Assembly: GCF_020745735.1 (NCBI RefSeq)
Contig: NC_083409.1
Location: 18,124,341-18,188,340, forward strand
Direction: 5' to 3'
Source of the DNA: Hemiscyllium ocellatum
Lineage: Eukaryota
Length of the DNA stretch: 64,000 bases
The translations under genes and the position numbers were made by a program. Each line of letters begins with the position of its first letter. Within the stretch, counting starts at the first letter, position 1. Below the pieces are notes generated by a model. It was not told the DNA's origin and searched no databases. It saw nothing but the letters and a program-made list of their open reading frames with translations. Of the stretch, positions 11,450-24,959 are shown in pieces.

Positions 11450-12440
11450 GGTATTAGCTCCTGGATCCCACAGGCCAAGATAGTTTAAACCCTCTCCAAC
11501 AGCACGAGTAAATCACCCCAAAGGAACTCAGTCCCAGGTCTGTTCAGGAGCAACCCGTCTGGTCTGTACATGTCCATCTCCCCCCAAAGCCAGTCCCAAT
11601 GTTAAAATAATCGAAAGCCCTTCCTCCTGGACTGTCTTTTCAGTTCCACCGTCACCTGTGCTATCCTCCTCTTTCTATTCTCAGTTGTGTGGGGCACTGG
11701 GGGTAATCTTGGAGATTCCTACTTTTGAGCTCCTGCTGCTAATTCCCTCTGGAACTCCCTAAATTCTGACTGGAGGACCACATCCCTTTTCTCCCACTGT
11801 CACTGGGACCGATGTGGACCACGACTGCTGCCTGTTCCCCCTCTCCCCTCAGGGTGCTCTGCAGTCGCTCAGTGACATCCTTCACCCTGGCACCAGGGAG
11901 ACCACACACCATCCTGGATTCCCATCTGCAGCTGCAGAAACACCTATTGATGCCCTCACTCTCGAATCTCCTCTCACTATTGCTCTTCCAGTCTTCCTTG
12001 TGCCCCCCGTGTACAGCTGAGCCCCCCATGGTGGCAGGGACTTGGCTCTGGCTGCACTGCCCAGATGAACCATCATTCTGATCAGGATTCCAAACTGAAT
12101 CCTGGTTGGAGAGTGGGATGCACTCATGGGATTCCTGTACTAGCTGCCTGGTCCTTTTGGACTGTCTGCTGCTCCCCATTCCCTCTCTCCCTGCATACTC
12201 TGAAACTGCAGAGTGACCACATCTAGAAACGTGCTCTCTACGGAGCTCTCAGCCTCACGGACGTTCCTCACTGACACCAGCTGCTGCTGAAGCTCCGAAA
12301 CCCAGAGTTGCAACTGCTGTCACTGACCACACTTCCTGTACTCATGGTATTCCAGGAAGCAGGACAAGCAGTTCCCTCATGCAACCTGATGCTCACTCTC
12401 ACCACTCCCTGATTATCTTTTGTCAAAGTACTTTTGAGAA
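11450..12440 (-). mobile_element. CR1 ORF1 remnant (SGNH/esterase-like region)
   Basis: ORF 11739..12179: VCGLPGARVKDVTERLQSTLRGEGEQAAVVVHIG, typical of CR1 ORF1p. Confidence 0.75.
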
Positions 12441-12485
12441 ACAGCAACAGCAGGGCCCACAATCCAGTACTTTCAATGTCCATAC

Positions 12486-12820
12486 AATCATAGAATTCCT
12501 ACAGTATGGAAACAGGCCATTTGGTCCAACAAGTCCACGCTGACCCTCCGAACAGTAACCCACCCAGACCCATTCCCCTACCTTTTTAACCTACATTTAC
12601 TCCTGACTAATGTACCTAACCTGCACTATGGGCAATTTAGCATGGCCAATTCACCGAACCTGCACAGCTTTGGACTGTGGGAGGAAGCCAGAGCACCCGG
12701 AGGAAACCCACACAGGCACAGGGAGAACATGCAAACTCCACACAGACAGACGCCCGAGGCTACAATCAAACCTGGGTCCATAGCGCTGTGAGGCAGCAGG
12801 GCTAACCACTAAGTGACCGT
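12486..12820 (-). mobile_element. HE1-type tRNA-derived SINE
   Basis: Reverse-complement similarity to the SINE copies at 47921 and 53464. Confidence 0.85.
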
Positions 12821-12849
12821 ACTTCCAGTTTTCCAGGGATTCAAGGAAC

Positions 12850-14510
12850 CTCTACATAAACCCAAAATACTTAAGATATAGGAGCAGAATTGGGCCAGTC
12901 AGAAGAGCGTCTGCTCTGCCATTTGATCTTGTGTGATGTGTTTCTCAACCCCATTCTCCTTTTAACTTTTGATCTCCTTACTGATCAAGAACCGATCTGT
13001 CTCTGTTTTAAATACTCTCAACATCTTGGCATCCATAGACCTCTGTGACAATGAGTTCCGCAGATTCACCACCCTGTGGCTGAAGAAATGCCTCCTTACC
13101 TCAGTTCTGACGGATCATTCTTCACTCTGAGGCTTTGCCTTCGGGCCCAAGTTTCTTCTATTCGTGGAAACACCTTCTCCATGTTCTCCAGGCCTCTCAA
13201 TATTCTGTAGTTTCAATAAGATTCCTCCGTCATCTTTCTAAACACAATTGTTATACAGATCCAGAATCCTCAACCACTCTTTATATGACACCCCTTCATT
13301 CCCAGGAGTATTCTTATTCTTTCTCTCTTTTTCCTCTGGACCCTCTCCAATGACAGCACATCCTTCCTTAATAAGGAGACCAAAATTCCAAATGTGGTCT
13401 GATTACAGACTTATACAAACTCAGCAGTACACCTCTGACGTTAAAGTTAATGCTAACATTGTAACTGCCTTTCAAACAGCCAGTGGTGAACCTGCACGTT
13501 AACCTTCAGAGAAACCTGAGCAAGGACTCCCAATTCTCTTTGTGCTTCAGATTTCTGAAATCTTTCCTCACTTAGAAAACATTCTGTGTCTCTATTCTTC
13601 CCACCAAAGTATCTAGCCTCACAAGTCCCCGCATTGTACTCCACCTGCCACTTCTTTGTACATTCTCGCAGCCTGACCAAGTCCTTCTGCAATCTCCCCC
13701 ACTTCCTCAACTCCACCTGTCCTTTCACCAATTTTTGTGTCATCTACAAACATATGAACAATATCTTCAGTTCCTTATCCAGATTGTTAATGGATAATGT
13801 GAATAGTTGTGGTCCCAACACAGATCCCTGAGGATCACCACAAAGCACCACCAGCCATCCAGAAAAAAATCCCTTTGTCCCTACTCTCGCCTTTGTGCCG
13901 GCCAGCCAATCCTCTACAATTCGCAGTGCCTTGCTCCTGACAGCATGGGCTCTGATTTGACTTAGCAGTCTCCTTTATTGTACCCTGTCAAAGGCCTGAT
14001 GGAAATCCAAATGGATCACATCCACTGGCTCTCCTTTGTCTAACTCACTTGTTACCTCCTCAAAGATTTCTAACAGATTTATCAGGCATGTCTCCCTTTG
14101 ATGAAGCTGTGCTGACTCAGCCCAATTTTGCCAGGCTGCAATTTTACCAGACTTAAGGGTGAGATTCCAAATACCTGCAATCTCACCCTTAGATAGACCT
14201 CTAAAATCTTACCAATGACCGAGGTCAGGCTAACCAGCTTATAATGTCCCATCTCTGCCTCCCTCCTTTCTTAAACAGGGATGTTACATTCACTATTTTC
14301 CAGTCTTCTGGGACCACTCCTGACTCCAGTGATTTCTGAAAGATCACAGCCAATGGCCCTACAATTACCTTAGCTATCTCCATCAGAACTCTGGAGTGTA
14401 GTCCATCGGGTCTGAATGATTTATCCACCTTCAGACCTTTCAGCTGCCTCAACCCCTCCACCTTAGTGATGCCCTTTCCACTCACTTCTGCTCCCAACTC
14501 TCTTGAAGGT
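12850..14510 (-). mobile_element. CR1 ORF2 RT fragment, degenerate
   Basis: ORFs 14225..14497 (PDGLHSRVL, VPEDWKIVNV) and 13453..13743. Confidence 0.85.
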
Positions 14511-14514
14511 CAGG

Positions 14515-15962
14515 TGTACTGGCTGATAATTAAGCATCATGGTTAGCCACAGGTGAGGTGCCAGAAGACTGGAGGATAGCGAAGATTGTGCCATTGTTCA
14601 AAAAGGGCTGAGAAACAAATGCCTGGGAATTATAAGCTTAACATTTGTGGTGGGTAAGTTGTTTGATAAGATAAGGTACACATGCATTTGGAAAGAGTGA
14701 ATTTGATTAGGAGTTGTCAGCATGACTTTGTGAGTGGGAGAATATGCCTCACAAATTTGTTAAGGTACTTTGATGAATTTACCAGGAAGGTTGATGAGGG
14801 CAGGATGGTAGACGTGGTCTATATGGATTTCAGTGAGGCCTTTGATAAGGTTCCACATGGTAGGCTGTTATGGAAGGTTAGATCGCATGGAATCCAAGGT
14901 GACCTGGCAAATTGGATACACGATTGGCTTGATGGTAGAAAGCACAGGGTAATAGGGGAAGAATCCTTATTGTACTGGAGGCCTGTGACTAGTGGAGTGC
15001 CTCAGTGGTCAGTGCTGAGCCCATTGCTGTTTGTTATCTATAACAATGTTTTGGATGAGAATGTACAAGGCATGGTTAGTGAGTTTGCTGATGACACTCA
15101 AATAAGCAGCATTGTGGACAGTGCGGACAGTTATCAGAAATTGCAGCAGGACCTTGCTCAGCTGGGGAAGTGGGCCGAGAAATGACAAATAGAGTTTAAT
15201 ACAGACAAATGTGAGGTCTTGTATTTTGGAAATTTAAAGCAAGGTAGGAGTTTCATGGTGAATGATAGGACCTTAAGGAATATAATGGAACAGAGGGTCC
15301 TTAGAATTCAGATAAGCCCTTCTCTGAAAATGGAGTCACAGTAAATAGAGCAGAGAAGAGAGCTTTTTCTGCAGTGCCCTTCATCAGTCAGAGCATTGAC
15401 TACAGATGTTGGGAAGTTATGTTGCAGTTATGCAGGACACTGGTGAAGCCACACTTGGAATATTGTGTTCAGTTTTGGTCACCTTGTTCCAGGAAGGATG
15501 TTATTAAACTGGAAAGAGTGCAGAAGAAATTTGCAAGCATGTTGCCAGGATTCAATCGTTTGGGTTAAAGGGAGAGTACTTTTTTCTTTAGAGTGTAGGA
15601 GACTGAGGGAGGACCTCATAAGATCATGAGAGGCATGGATAGGGTGAATTCACTCTGTCTTTTCCCCAAGGTTTGCGAATATGAGCTAGAGCGCATCAGT
15701 TTAAGGTTAGAGGGGAAAGAATAAAAGGGAACCTGAGGGGCAACCTTTTTACACATAGGATTGTTCGCATATGGAATGAGCTGCCAGTGGAAGTGGTTGA
15801 GGTGGGTACATTAATAACATTTAAAAGGCATTTGGACAAATACAGCAAAGGAAAGGATTCAGAAGGATATGGGCCAAGTGCAGGATTAGCGTAAATGGAC
15901 ATTTTGGTTGGCATGGACCAGTTTGGTCCAAATGGCCTGTCTCCATGCTGTAGGACTCTGTG
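14515..15962 (+). mobile_element. CR1 ORF2 RT and 3' end
   Basis: ORF 14682..15185 (QHDF, YMDFSEAFDKVPH, PQWSVLSPLLF, FADD) and 15374..15568. Confidence 0.9.
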
Positions 15963-15966
15963 ACAT

Positions 15967-16580
15967 TGTTATGGACCAGGCCAGACCCTTCAAAACATTT
16001 TAAGAATGCAGCCCAGACCTTACCTTTTCGAATTGTGTTCAGCAAATGTAACCTGGATATTCCAGGATTGATACAACTGGCCAAACCACTCAGCTTGAAG
16101 GAAAAGAGTATTTATTTACAATCAAAAGAAAACAGAATTTAGAATAACTTAACTATTTGAAAACCCAACTGACGAAAAAATGTAACTTGACAAAGAGCTG
16201 TTCCAATTTGCTGTAATAGCCTTGGCAAGAAGGTAAATATAAACACAGGGGTTCTTACAGGAGAGGAATTTCAGACAGTGAGTCCACTGGAAAATGTTGA
16301 ATTGGGGAACCTTTCTCACCAGCAGCTTTCTTTATCCAGGAGCTTCCAACCGACTGTTTGTCAAAAACAGCAAACTGGAAGAACTGGCCATTTTCCTTTT
16401 ATTGGACAAGTGTTTAATATAAAACCTAAAAGCCTTTTCCCTGACTGTTGCCTTAGGCAGTATCTGTTAGCCATGAGCAAAGTCCCTAACCCAGACAAAT
16501 TGGAACCTCTGCCTTTACAACCCCTCTTGAAAAAAAATCCAAGGACAACTCAAACTTGTGAAATGAGCAGCATTATCACA
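15967..16580 (-). mobile_element. Possible solo LTR
   Basis: TG...CA termini, non-coding, AATAAA on the minus strand near 16110; no target-site duplication seen. Confidence 0.4.
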
Positions 16581-16599
16581 CCACTGTTAAAGCTGATTT

Positions 16600-17900
16600 A
16601 AGGCACTGATGCACTTTTTCCACCATTTCTTTGTTCCCCATTACTACTTCTGCCTTTTCCAGTGGTACAATTTCTATTATTGACTCCCTCTTGCCTTTCA
16701 TATATCTAAAGAAAACCTCTTGCAATATTCTTTTATGTTACTAACTCGTTGACCCTCATATTTTATTTACACACCCACCCTTACTTTTTTTTAGTTACTC
16801 TCTGCTGTTTTTTAAAGGCTTCCCAATCCTCCGGCTTCCCAATAATCTTCACCACATTGCATGTTTTTTCTTTTGCTTTTATGCTGACCCTGACTTCCCT
16901 CATCAGCCATGGTTGCCTTGGCCTCCACTCAGTACCTTTCTTCTTCCTTGGGTTAAATTCCTGCTCTGCCTCCCAAATTACCCCCAGAAACTCCTGCCAT
17001 TGCTGCTCCATTCTCTCTTATGCTCAGCTTCCTTTCTTACCAACTCTGGCCAGCTCCTCCCTCATGTCTTTGTAGTTACCTTAAGTTAATTGCATTACCG
17101 GTACAACTGACTCCAGATTCCCTGTCACAAACTGCAGGGTGAATTCTGTCATATTACGGTCAATGCCCCCAAGGAATTCCTTCACCCTAAGTTCCCTAAT
17201 CAGGTCTGCTTCAATACACATCACCCAATCCAGAATTGCCTGTTCCATAGTGATCTCTACCACAAGCTGCTCTAAAAACCAAGTCGTAAACATTCCTTTA
17301 ATTCCTACCCTTGACATCCCCAAACAATTTAATTTTCCAGTCTCCCTGCATATTGAAGTCCCTCATGACTATTATAGCGGGGCCTTCTCTATCTCCTGAT
17401 TTATTTTCTTCCTCATATCCTGACTGCTGCTGGGGGGTCCTGTGCTAAGTTCTCATCATGCTCTTTCTCCCTTGCAACTCCTCACCTCTACCCACACAGA
17501 TTGAATGCATTCCAACTCTAAATCCCTTCTTGTGATTGATCTCATTTCATTTCTTACCAAGAAGGTAACCCCACCCCCATCTGCCCATCAGCATGTCCTG
17601 TCAATCGGATGTGCATCCTTGAGTATTTCATTCCCAGCCCTCAACCCCTTACAGCCAGGTCTCTGTGATACTCAAAACATCGTACCTGCCAATTCCAATC
17701 TGCGACAAACATATTTACCTCATTTCGGATACTCCCTGCATTCAGGTACAACACCCTCAGTCCTGCACTGACTGTCCTCCTTTTCATAGTTGTCCCCTTA
17801 TGCACTGTGCCTAAAATTAATTTTCTGACCCTTTCCATAATCTATGTCCTATTAATTATTTTGGGAACTTTACTAACCTCTCCTGAGCCCTGCGTCACTT
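16600..17900 (-). mobile_element. CR1 ORF2 endonuclease-region fragment
   Basis: ORFs 17641..17838 (LYLNAGSIRN), 17081..17323 (ILDWVMC), 16781..17011. Confidence 0.8.
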
Positions 17901-19371
17901 TAATGATTTTAAAGTACTTGGGAACCTCAATTTGTGGCATCACTCTGTCTACCTTATTCCGAATGATTTATCATCCAAAGACTTTAGGTTATTTCTACTG
18001 TCTGTATTGCCTTGTTACAATATGACATTCACAAATTCTGATCCTTCCTTTTATTTTCTGGTAACAATCAAACCCATCACTAACCACGACTCCCACCTTC
18101 TCCTGTGCCTTTCATTTTCTCACGTTTTGTGCAACTGAACCCATTTGCTTTCTCTTTGGGTTGACTTCAGGTCAATATTTATCCCCGAAACATCACTGAA
18201 CATGCTTCATAATCTCATTTATTTTTGTGCGATATTGCTATGTGCAAATTGTGTTTTCTGCATTACAACAGTGACCAGTGTCCAGACAAGTCCCTCACTC
18301 TCTGTAAATGCTTTGGGAGAGCCTGACATACAAGTCTCTCTTTTGATGCACTGGGAGCCTTTCAGATATCAGAGATGCCAATCCATGGCTCTACTAGACA
18401 AACAGCAGGATGGTGTCTCCTGGTGTCCTGGTCAATACTGATTCCCTAATTAGCATCACTAAAAATCTGATCCTCGCCACATTGTCACCCAGCTCTCTGG
18501 GATCTTGCTGAGCACAGTCTGATGGAAAGAGCCACTGCAACATCCTTAGGTGGAGGCAGGTGCAACATAAATGCAAGTCTTTCTTTGAGGTTGGAGTCTC
18601 CTGAACATGACCCTTGCCCGTTGGATGCACGCTTCCATCTTCCAGGGAACATGGGATCATTTAGAGCAGTGTCACTGTCTGATCCCAGGACACTGAGACT
18701 CTTTGCACCCTCACATTTGACCTTAACCCAGCGCTGAGCTGGAAGGTTTGAAACAAAATCTAGAACCTTCTACATGGACACCCAACGTGACTCCTTCCTG
18801 AAGTGTGCTGATCCAACTCTGCTCCAATGTTGTTGGATAAAGTTCTCCCGAGCTGTGAGTGATCGGAGGTTTGTTAAAGAGGTGTCGAACTCCACCCCAC
18901 ATACCAGCTCTTGCTCCATAGCTCTGGAGGCTTTGGTGTTTCACGTGAATATCCAAGTGTTTTTTCAATGTGATGAGAGTTTCTGCCGCTGTCACCCTTT
19001 CAGACAGTGAGGTCCTGATCCCACCAGCCACTGGGTGAAAACAATTACTCCTCAACTCCACTCGAACCCTGCCCCCAATTCATTTCAATCTCTCCCCATG
19101 GTTATTGCCCTCTGTGCTGATGGAAATCAGTTCTTCCTACCCACTCTATCCAGACCCCTCATCATTTTACACACCATCGATCAAATCTCCCCTCAGCCTC
19201 CTGTGTTCCAAAGAAACCAGTCCCAGCCAATCCAATCATTCCTCAAAGCTAATACTCCTCATTCCTGATAAAACCCTCCACTGTCCCCATCTCTAGGGGA
19301 ATCACATCCTTCCTGCAATGTGGTGACCAGAACTGCACACAGTTCTCTCATTGTACTCTAACGGGGCTTCA

Positions 19372-19590
19372 TTTGAAGTCAGAAGTCACATGACACCAGA
19401 ATATAGTCCAACAGGCTTATTTCAAATCACAAGCTTTCAGAGCTTTGTTCCTTCAGCACTGAAGTCGCTTCACCTGAAGATGGAGCAGCGTTTCACAAGC
19501 TCGTGATTTTAAATAAACCTGTTGGACTGTAACCTGGTGTCATGTGACTCCTGAACATGTCCACCCCAGTTGGACACCAGAGCCTCCACA
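19372..19590. mobile_element. Inverted pair of Penelope-type terminal fragments with decayed hammerhead cores
   Basis: 19378-19460 is the reverse complement of ~19470-19555; degenerate CTGAAGA...stem...GAAAGCT-like motifs. Confidence 0.6.
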
Positions 19591-20177
19591 TCATATCGAT
19601 AGTTTCACATCTTTGCTAAGACTCTGTCTTTGGGAGTGCCACTCTTACTCTTTTGGGAAAAGATTCTGAATGGTCTTTGTCTCTGTCTCATCCTTGGAGG
19701 CCTCCCACTGCCCTGTCACTGATCTCCCATCAAGTCGATGGTTCCAGTACTCTTTTATCAAATTACCACACAGTTTGGTAAAATGGATTGTTCCCAAATG
19801 AAAACTTTTACACTTGCTCCACGGTTCTCCATTTCCATCCCTAATCTCAATCTCACTGAGGTCCGATCACTGTCACTAAAATGCTCCCACATTGATAGCC
19901 CTTCCAGCTGCCCACATTCATTCCTTAAATGGTGGTCCAGGACTGTCCCTTATCATTCTGCTGCATCACCATCACCTTCTCAGAGACAGTTAGGGATGGG
20001 CAGCGACTGGCTCTGCCAGTGCCGTACACGTCCCAAAAAGCAATGTTTAAAATGCCAGTGCTTTGTCAGGTCTGCTAGGTACTGGATACAAACGTTCAAA
20101 TGTTTTACCAGTTACTGTTCAGAGAGTTTATGTACCTTCAAAAGGCAGGGATTAAAATTGTTTCTCTTGTCTTTCAG

Positions 20178-20506
20178 TCCGTGACAACTCTCAGCCCAAG
20201 CTGACCCTGCTGCCCCCCTCCCCGGAGCAGGTCAATGCCAAGGGCACTGCCACCCTGGTGTGCCTTGCCAATCACTTCTATCCCGATGAGCTAGAGGTGC
20301 AGTGGAAGAAGGACGGTGCAGTCATTTCGGACGGGGTTCAGACCAGCAACTACCTGCGAGCTTCGGACAGCACCTACAGTGTCAGCAGCCTGCTGACCCT
20401 CTCTGAGTCTGACTGGGAGTCCAACGCTCGCTTCTCCTGTGCCCTCACTCACGTGACCCTCCCCTCTCCCCTCAGCAAGAGCATCAGGAGATCAGAATGT
20501 GTGTAG
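20178..20506 (+). CDS. IGKC: Ig kappa-type constant region exon, open frame
   Basis: Acceptor TTTCAG 20172-20177; RDNSQPKLTLLPPS...LVCLANHFYP...VQWKKDG...YSVSSLLTL...FSCALTH...SECV*; in frame with the J donor; terminal Cys for the heavy-chain disulfide. Confidence 0.97.
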
Positions 20507-21034
20507 AGTGTTGGAGACAGTCCACAGAGGAGACACAACTTTAAATAGAACAGGGCTGAGCTGGCAGTACAAAGGTCATTGTCAGCACTGAGTTTCAACT
20601 CTCTTCCTTCTCAGGACTGGCTTGGAGATACTTCTGCGATTCAGGGGTTAAGGCTGGTCGTTGGGATAGTGTAGAGAAAACTTTACTCTTTATCTAGTCC
20701 CATGCTTTCCCTGACCTGGATGTGTTTGATGGGGACAGTGTTAACTTGCGATGTCAAGTAAAACCTCTCCGAAGATGCTAAAGACTGTCAGCTGTGCAAA
20801 AACAATGTGAACCTCAAAAGTCTCTGTTTCAGTAAAACAGACCTCCTTTCTGCTCAGCCGCCAGTTCCAATTTAAGGTTTTGTCACTGTTTAAAGGGACA
20901 GGATTCTCATGTTATTGAGAAAATCTCCACAAGTGTTTTCCTCAAGCTCCATTGTGGCTGTGAATTTGAGCAGCTTCCTCTGTCTGGGCTGTGAATTGCA
21001 GTCTGTTTTCTGTCAATGTCAATCTGGAAAAGGG

Positions 21035-21040
21035 AATAAA
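21035..21040 (+). terminator. Probable polyadenylation signal of the light-chain mRNA
   Basis: First AATAAA I found after the C stop, followed by GT-rich sequence; conserved in the paralogous block at 43498-43503. Confidence 0.7.
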
Positions 21041-21169
21041 GATGAAGAAGATTCAGTCTCTGTCTCGTGTGTACTTTGGGAATGGCCAGAGCTGAGTCCT
21101 CAGGGATAGGTGTACGGAGTGAAAAGCTCCACCCCACCCCCAGGTATGGAGCAGGAAGGGGTGAATAGA

Positions 21170-21750
21170 GGGGGCAATGGGGAACACAATAGTCTGATGG
21201 GAATTCCCCTGAACACCAACACATCCTTTCAGCACAGCAAGATCCCAAGCCGAGCAGTTCAGTTCACATTTTATTGATCAATTTGACCAGCAGGATCTTA
21301 CTATCGAGAATAACAATCCCACAGGGTTTGCAAAGTAAATATTCCATACAGCATTTGATTTGTATTTGGAGAGAATGTGCAAAATCCACATAGATATTCT
21401 CCTGAGGCAGGGATCGAACGCAGATCCCGGGCACTATGAGGCAGCAGTGCTAACCACTGAGCCACCTTGTCACGCACTATACTAACTTTATCCATCCCTG
21501 GGACAAAATATTCTGATGGCAATTCCCCCTCCACACCAACCCATCCATCAGGGACAGCAAGATCCTGAGCCAAGCAATTCAGATCAGGGTCACTGGGGAC
21601 ACTCTATTGATCAATATGATCAGCAGAATCTTGGAACTCAAAATAACAATTCCACAGGGTTTGGGTAATAAATATTCCATAAATTAGACCTGGGTTTTCT
21701 TTACTCTTCAAATGAGATGGAATTGCCCCGTGTGTCCCTGGAGTCAGATT
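21170..21750 (+). repeat. Two diverged ~170-bp direct copies separated by a SINE fragment; third inverted copy at ~38760-39040
   Basis: CTGATGG(G/C)AATTCCCC...CAGCAAGATCC...AATAACAAT.CCACAGGGTTTG...TAAATATTCCATA recurs at ~21190 and ~21510. Confidence 0.75.
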
Positions 21751-23929
21751 GAGAATGTTCAGTCCGGGGGAGTCTGGGAGTCACGGCTGGGGAGGACAGT
21801 CAATGATAAACTGGTTCCACTTCCTGCTGTCACATTCTGTAGCCCCTGGGCCATCTCAGTGACAACCATCCAGGGCTCAGGATGGATTCCAGAGCAGCTC
21901 ATTGTCCTGACTGTTGTGTTCCTCAGTCTACACGTGGCTCCAGCAATCTCACTCCATGGCTCTCGTACCAGTGGGAACCATGGGGCTGAAATCTTATCCA
22001 AACAGAATCTCACACAGCAAGGAGGCTGCTGGTGGCTCAGAAACCCCTTGGATTCAGTCCCAGATTCCACTGTGGCTCTTTCATTCAAACACAGCATTAG
22101 CACACTGACACCACATTCAGAGGGCAATCCTGAGATGGGGCAAGTTTGGTTCTTGATTCCAATGTGAGGAAATGGGGGCTGGGTGTGAAATGTCTAGTCT
22201 GAAACTGGTGGGGGTACTTTATAATGAAGGATAGAAACTGATTTCAGGATAAAGACAGGTGTTGATGGGAGTGAGGAATATCTCAGTGATCTGTCTCCAG
22301 AATCCACAGACTACACACATCCTTCTGTCAGACCCTGAAGTCTGAGAAAGCAGCTCATCGACATCCAATATTACTCCAATCTTCCCAGAAAAGATGAAAT
22401 ATTCTCTGTCTGAGTGATTCCCTGGGGCAGGGCATTTTAAAGAGGGCTGTGGGAAAGGAACTGTTGACTCTCAATGACAAAGTCAATGGAAGGATGTGGA
22501 GCTGACACTGTGAAACGTAAGGGCGCAGAGGATGACAGCAGAAGCAATTCAATGTTGTCACTCTCTCCTTTGGTAATAATTGGTTTTCCCTCATAATGTG
22601 CTCTCTTGTATTCGATCCACCTATCTTGCTTTGCTTCTTTTGACTTGAGTCTGTGGGGAGTTCCATCAAAACCCAATCTCCTCACACTCATCCTGGCCCC
22701 TGAAGAGATTGGTTAGAGAAGACTGAATTACAGCAAGTGACACAGATATTTCATATCTTACCACATTGAATCAAACCATTGAGCCCATTAATGTTCAAAA
22801 CAGATTCCAGCATTAAAGTCACATTTGTTGGTTATAAAAGTAACGTATTTCTCAGGCTGAAAGAAGGAAGCTTCAGACTGAGAAATGATCTAACTTAACC
22901 CAGATCCTGAGCATTGGCAAGTGGAACGAGATTGCGTTGGGATATCTGGTCAGCGTGGACAAGTTGAACCGAAGGTTCTGTCTCTGTGCTGTACATCTCT
23001 ATGACTCTAATAGCACGACAGAACAAAGTGATATCAATTAGCACCAGTATAAATACAGGGCAGCCTATATCCTGCAGTTGGCACTCAGTGCAGCTGGCAC
23101 AGAGGGGGATGCTGGGAGGTTTGGTCAATGTGGGAGTTCGGTGAACTGTGGGAAGGAGGTCTACCTTTGCTTTTCCAATCTGGTTTGGAACTGTCACTTC
23201 AGCTGATGGGAGCATGCACATGCACTTGGTTTGAAAATAGCAAAATAATAAACAAGGGGACAGGAGTCTGTTGACCAGATCAGCTGGGAAGAGCTTTGTG
23301 TAAGGAACCATATAAATAGTATGCTTAGGAAACCTCAAATAGGGAAATCCTAGAAATGAAAAGTACTGAAACATTGATCCAGAGACTGAGGACATTACTA
23401 GTTTCATGAAAGAATTGATTTCTTTCATTTGTAAGTGGGATCAGCATTTGTTCATTAAACTGAAATGATTCAGGGTAAATACATCTGTAGTGACTGTATA
23501 AATCGACAGCAACTCCCACTCAGGGGGTTTGGATTGGAAGCTGAGTTGTAAGAATCCTGATACATCAGGGAGGGGCAGCGATACCTGGAGACTTTGTTCC
23601 AGATGGAAGGTGTAAGCCTCAGGACTGGGCAGTCCAATTCCATGTTAGTAAGGGGCAGGAAGGTATGACCCAAGAGGGGGTCAGATAAGGGTTTGGAGAA
23701 TACAGTGGGACAGGAAAACCCCCCACTCTTCAAAACTCCAGTGAGATCAAGGCCAGCCTTTCCAATCCTTCCTCACCACATGGCCCCCTCATACCAGGGA
23801 TCAGTCGGGTAAAACTCCTCTGAAACACTTCCAATGGATTTATATTCTTTCTGCAATTAGGCGACCAAAAGTTCATACAAACCTTGAGATGTCCAGGAAG
23901 AACTGAAACATCACATTCTCACTTTCAGA

Positions 23930-24340
23930 TCCCTAATCACACCTGCTCTTACTGTTCACCAGCCTTGTTACTGTCCATCTCTCATTGTCATGTACACAGT
24001 GGTGCTGAGCTGCTTTCTTGAACCGCTGCAGTCTGTGTGCTGTAGGTAGACCCACAATGTGCGGAGGAAGGGAATTCCAGGATTCTGACCCAGTAACAAT
24101 GTAGGAACAGCAATATATTTCCATATCAGAATGCTGAATGGCTTGGAGGGGAACGTGCAAAGAGTGGTGTTCCTGTGTATCAGCTACCATGTCCTTCTTG
24201 ATGGACGTGGTCATGGGTTTGGAAGGTGCTCTCTCAGGATCTTTGCTGAACCTCTGCAATGTATCTTGTAGATAGTGCACACAGCTGTTACTGAGGGTCA
24301 GTGTGGAGGCAATGGATGTGGTGCCAATCAAGCCGGCTGA
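23930..24340 (-). mobile_element. LINE ORF2 C-terminal remnant (L2/CR1 group)
   Basis: ORF 23933..24331 ends VTGSESWNSLP...LQRFKKAAQHH. Confidence 0.6.
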
Positions 24341-24923
24341 AATTTGATAAACAAGATTTTGTTAAAACAAAATAACATAAAACAGGTTAAAATTAAATAA
24401 AATCATGAAAAACTGTGGTGTCTTTTTGATAAAACATCACTGAATCCAAAAGATTATTCCCTCCTCTCTCTAATGTGGCTGCACCTGTTCCCTTTCTCCA
24501 GCATCACGCACTATTTGAGATTTGCTGTATTTTACTCTTGTATCTGTTTTAATGCCATTGGTTATAAGAGAAGCATTGGTCAGCACACTGGGGAGATTTT
24601 CCCTGAGACGGTCACAAAGCCCTTATATTCAGATCGACCTGAGAGGGCAGTGGTTTAACCGATCATCCAGCAGATGATCGGTTTGCCAGCCAGCCTCAGG
24701 ATAGTGCTCTAGTGTCTGGAGTGGGGCTTGAAACCTGCAGGTTCAGGTGACGGTGTTACCACTGAGGCCGTCTATTCTTTCCTGGGATGTGGGTCTCGCT
24801 GGCAAGACCAGCATTTGTTCTCTATCCCTAACTGCCCTGAAACTGAGTGGCTTGCTCGGCCTTTCAAATGGGAGGAGAAAGTGAGGTCTGCAGATGCTGG
24901 AGATCAGAGCTGAAAATCAGGGC

Positions 24924-24959
24924 TTTCCTGAAGAAGGGCTTATGCCCGAAACGTCAAAT
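24924..24959 (+). ncRNA. Minimal hammerhead ribozyme motif (Penelope-derived)
   Basis: CUGAAGA-A-GGGC(UUAU)GCCC-GAAA-CGUC; helix I imperfect. Confidence 0.6.
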
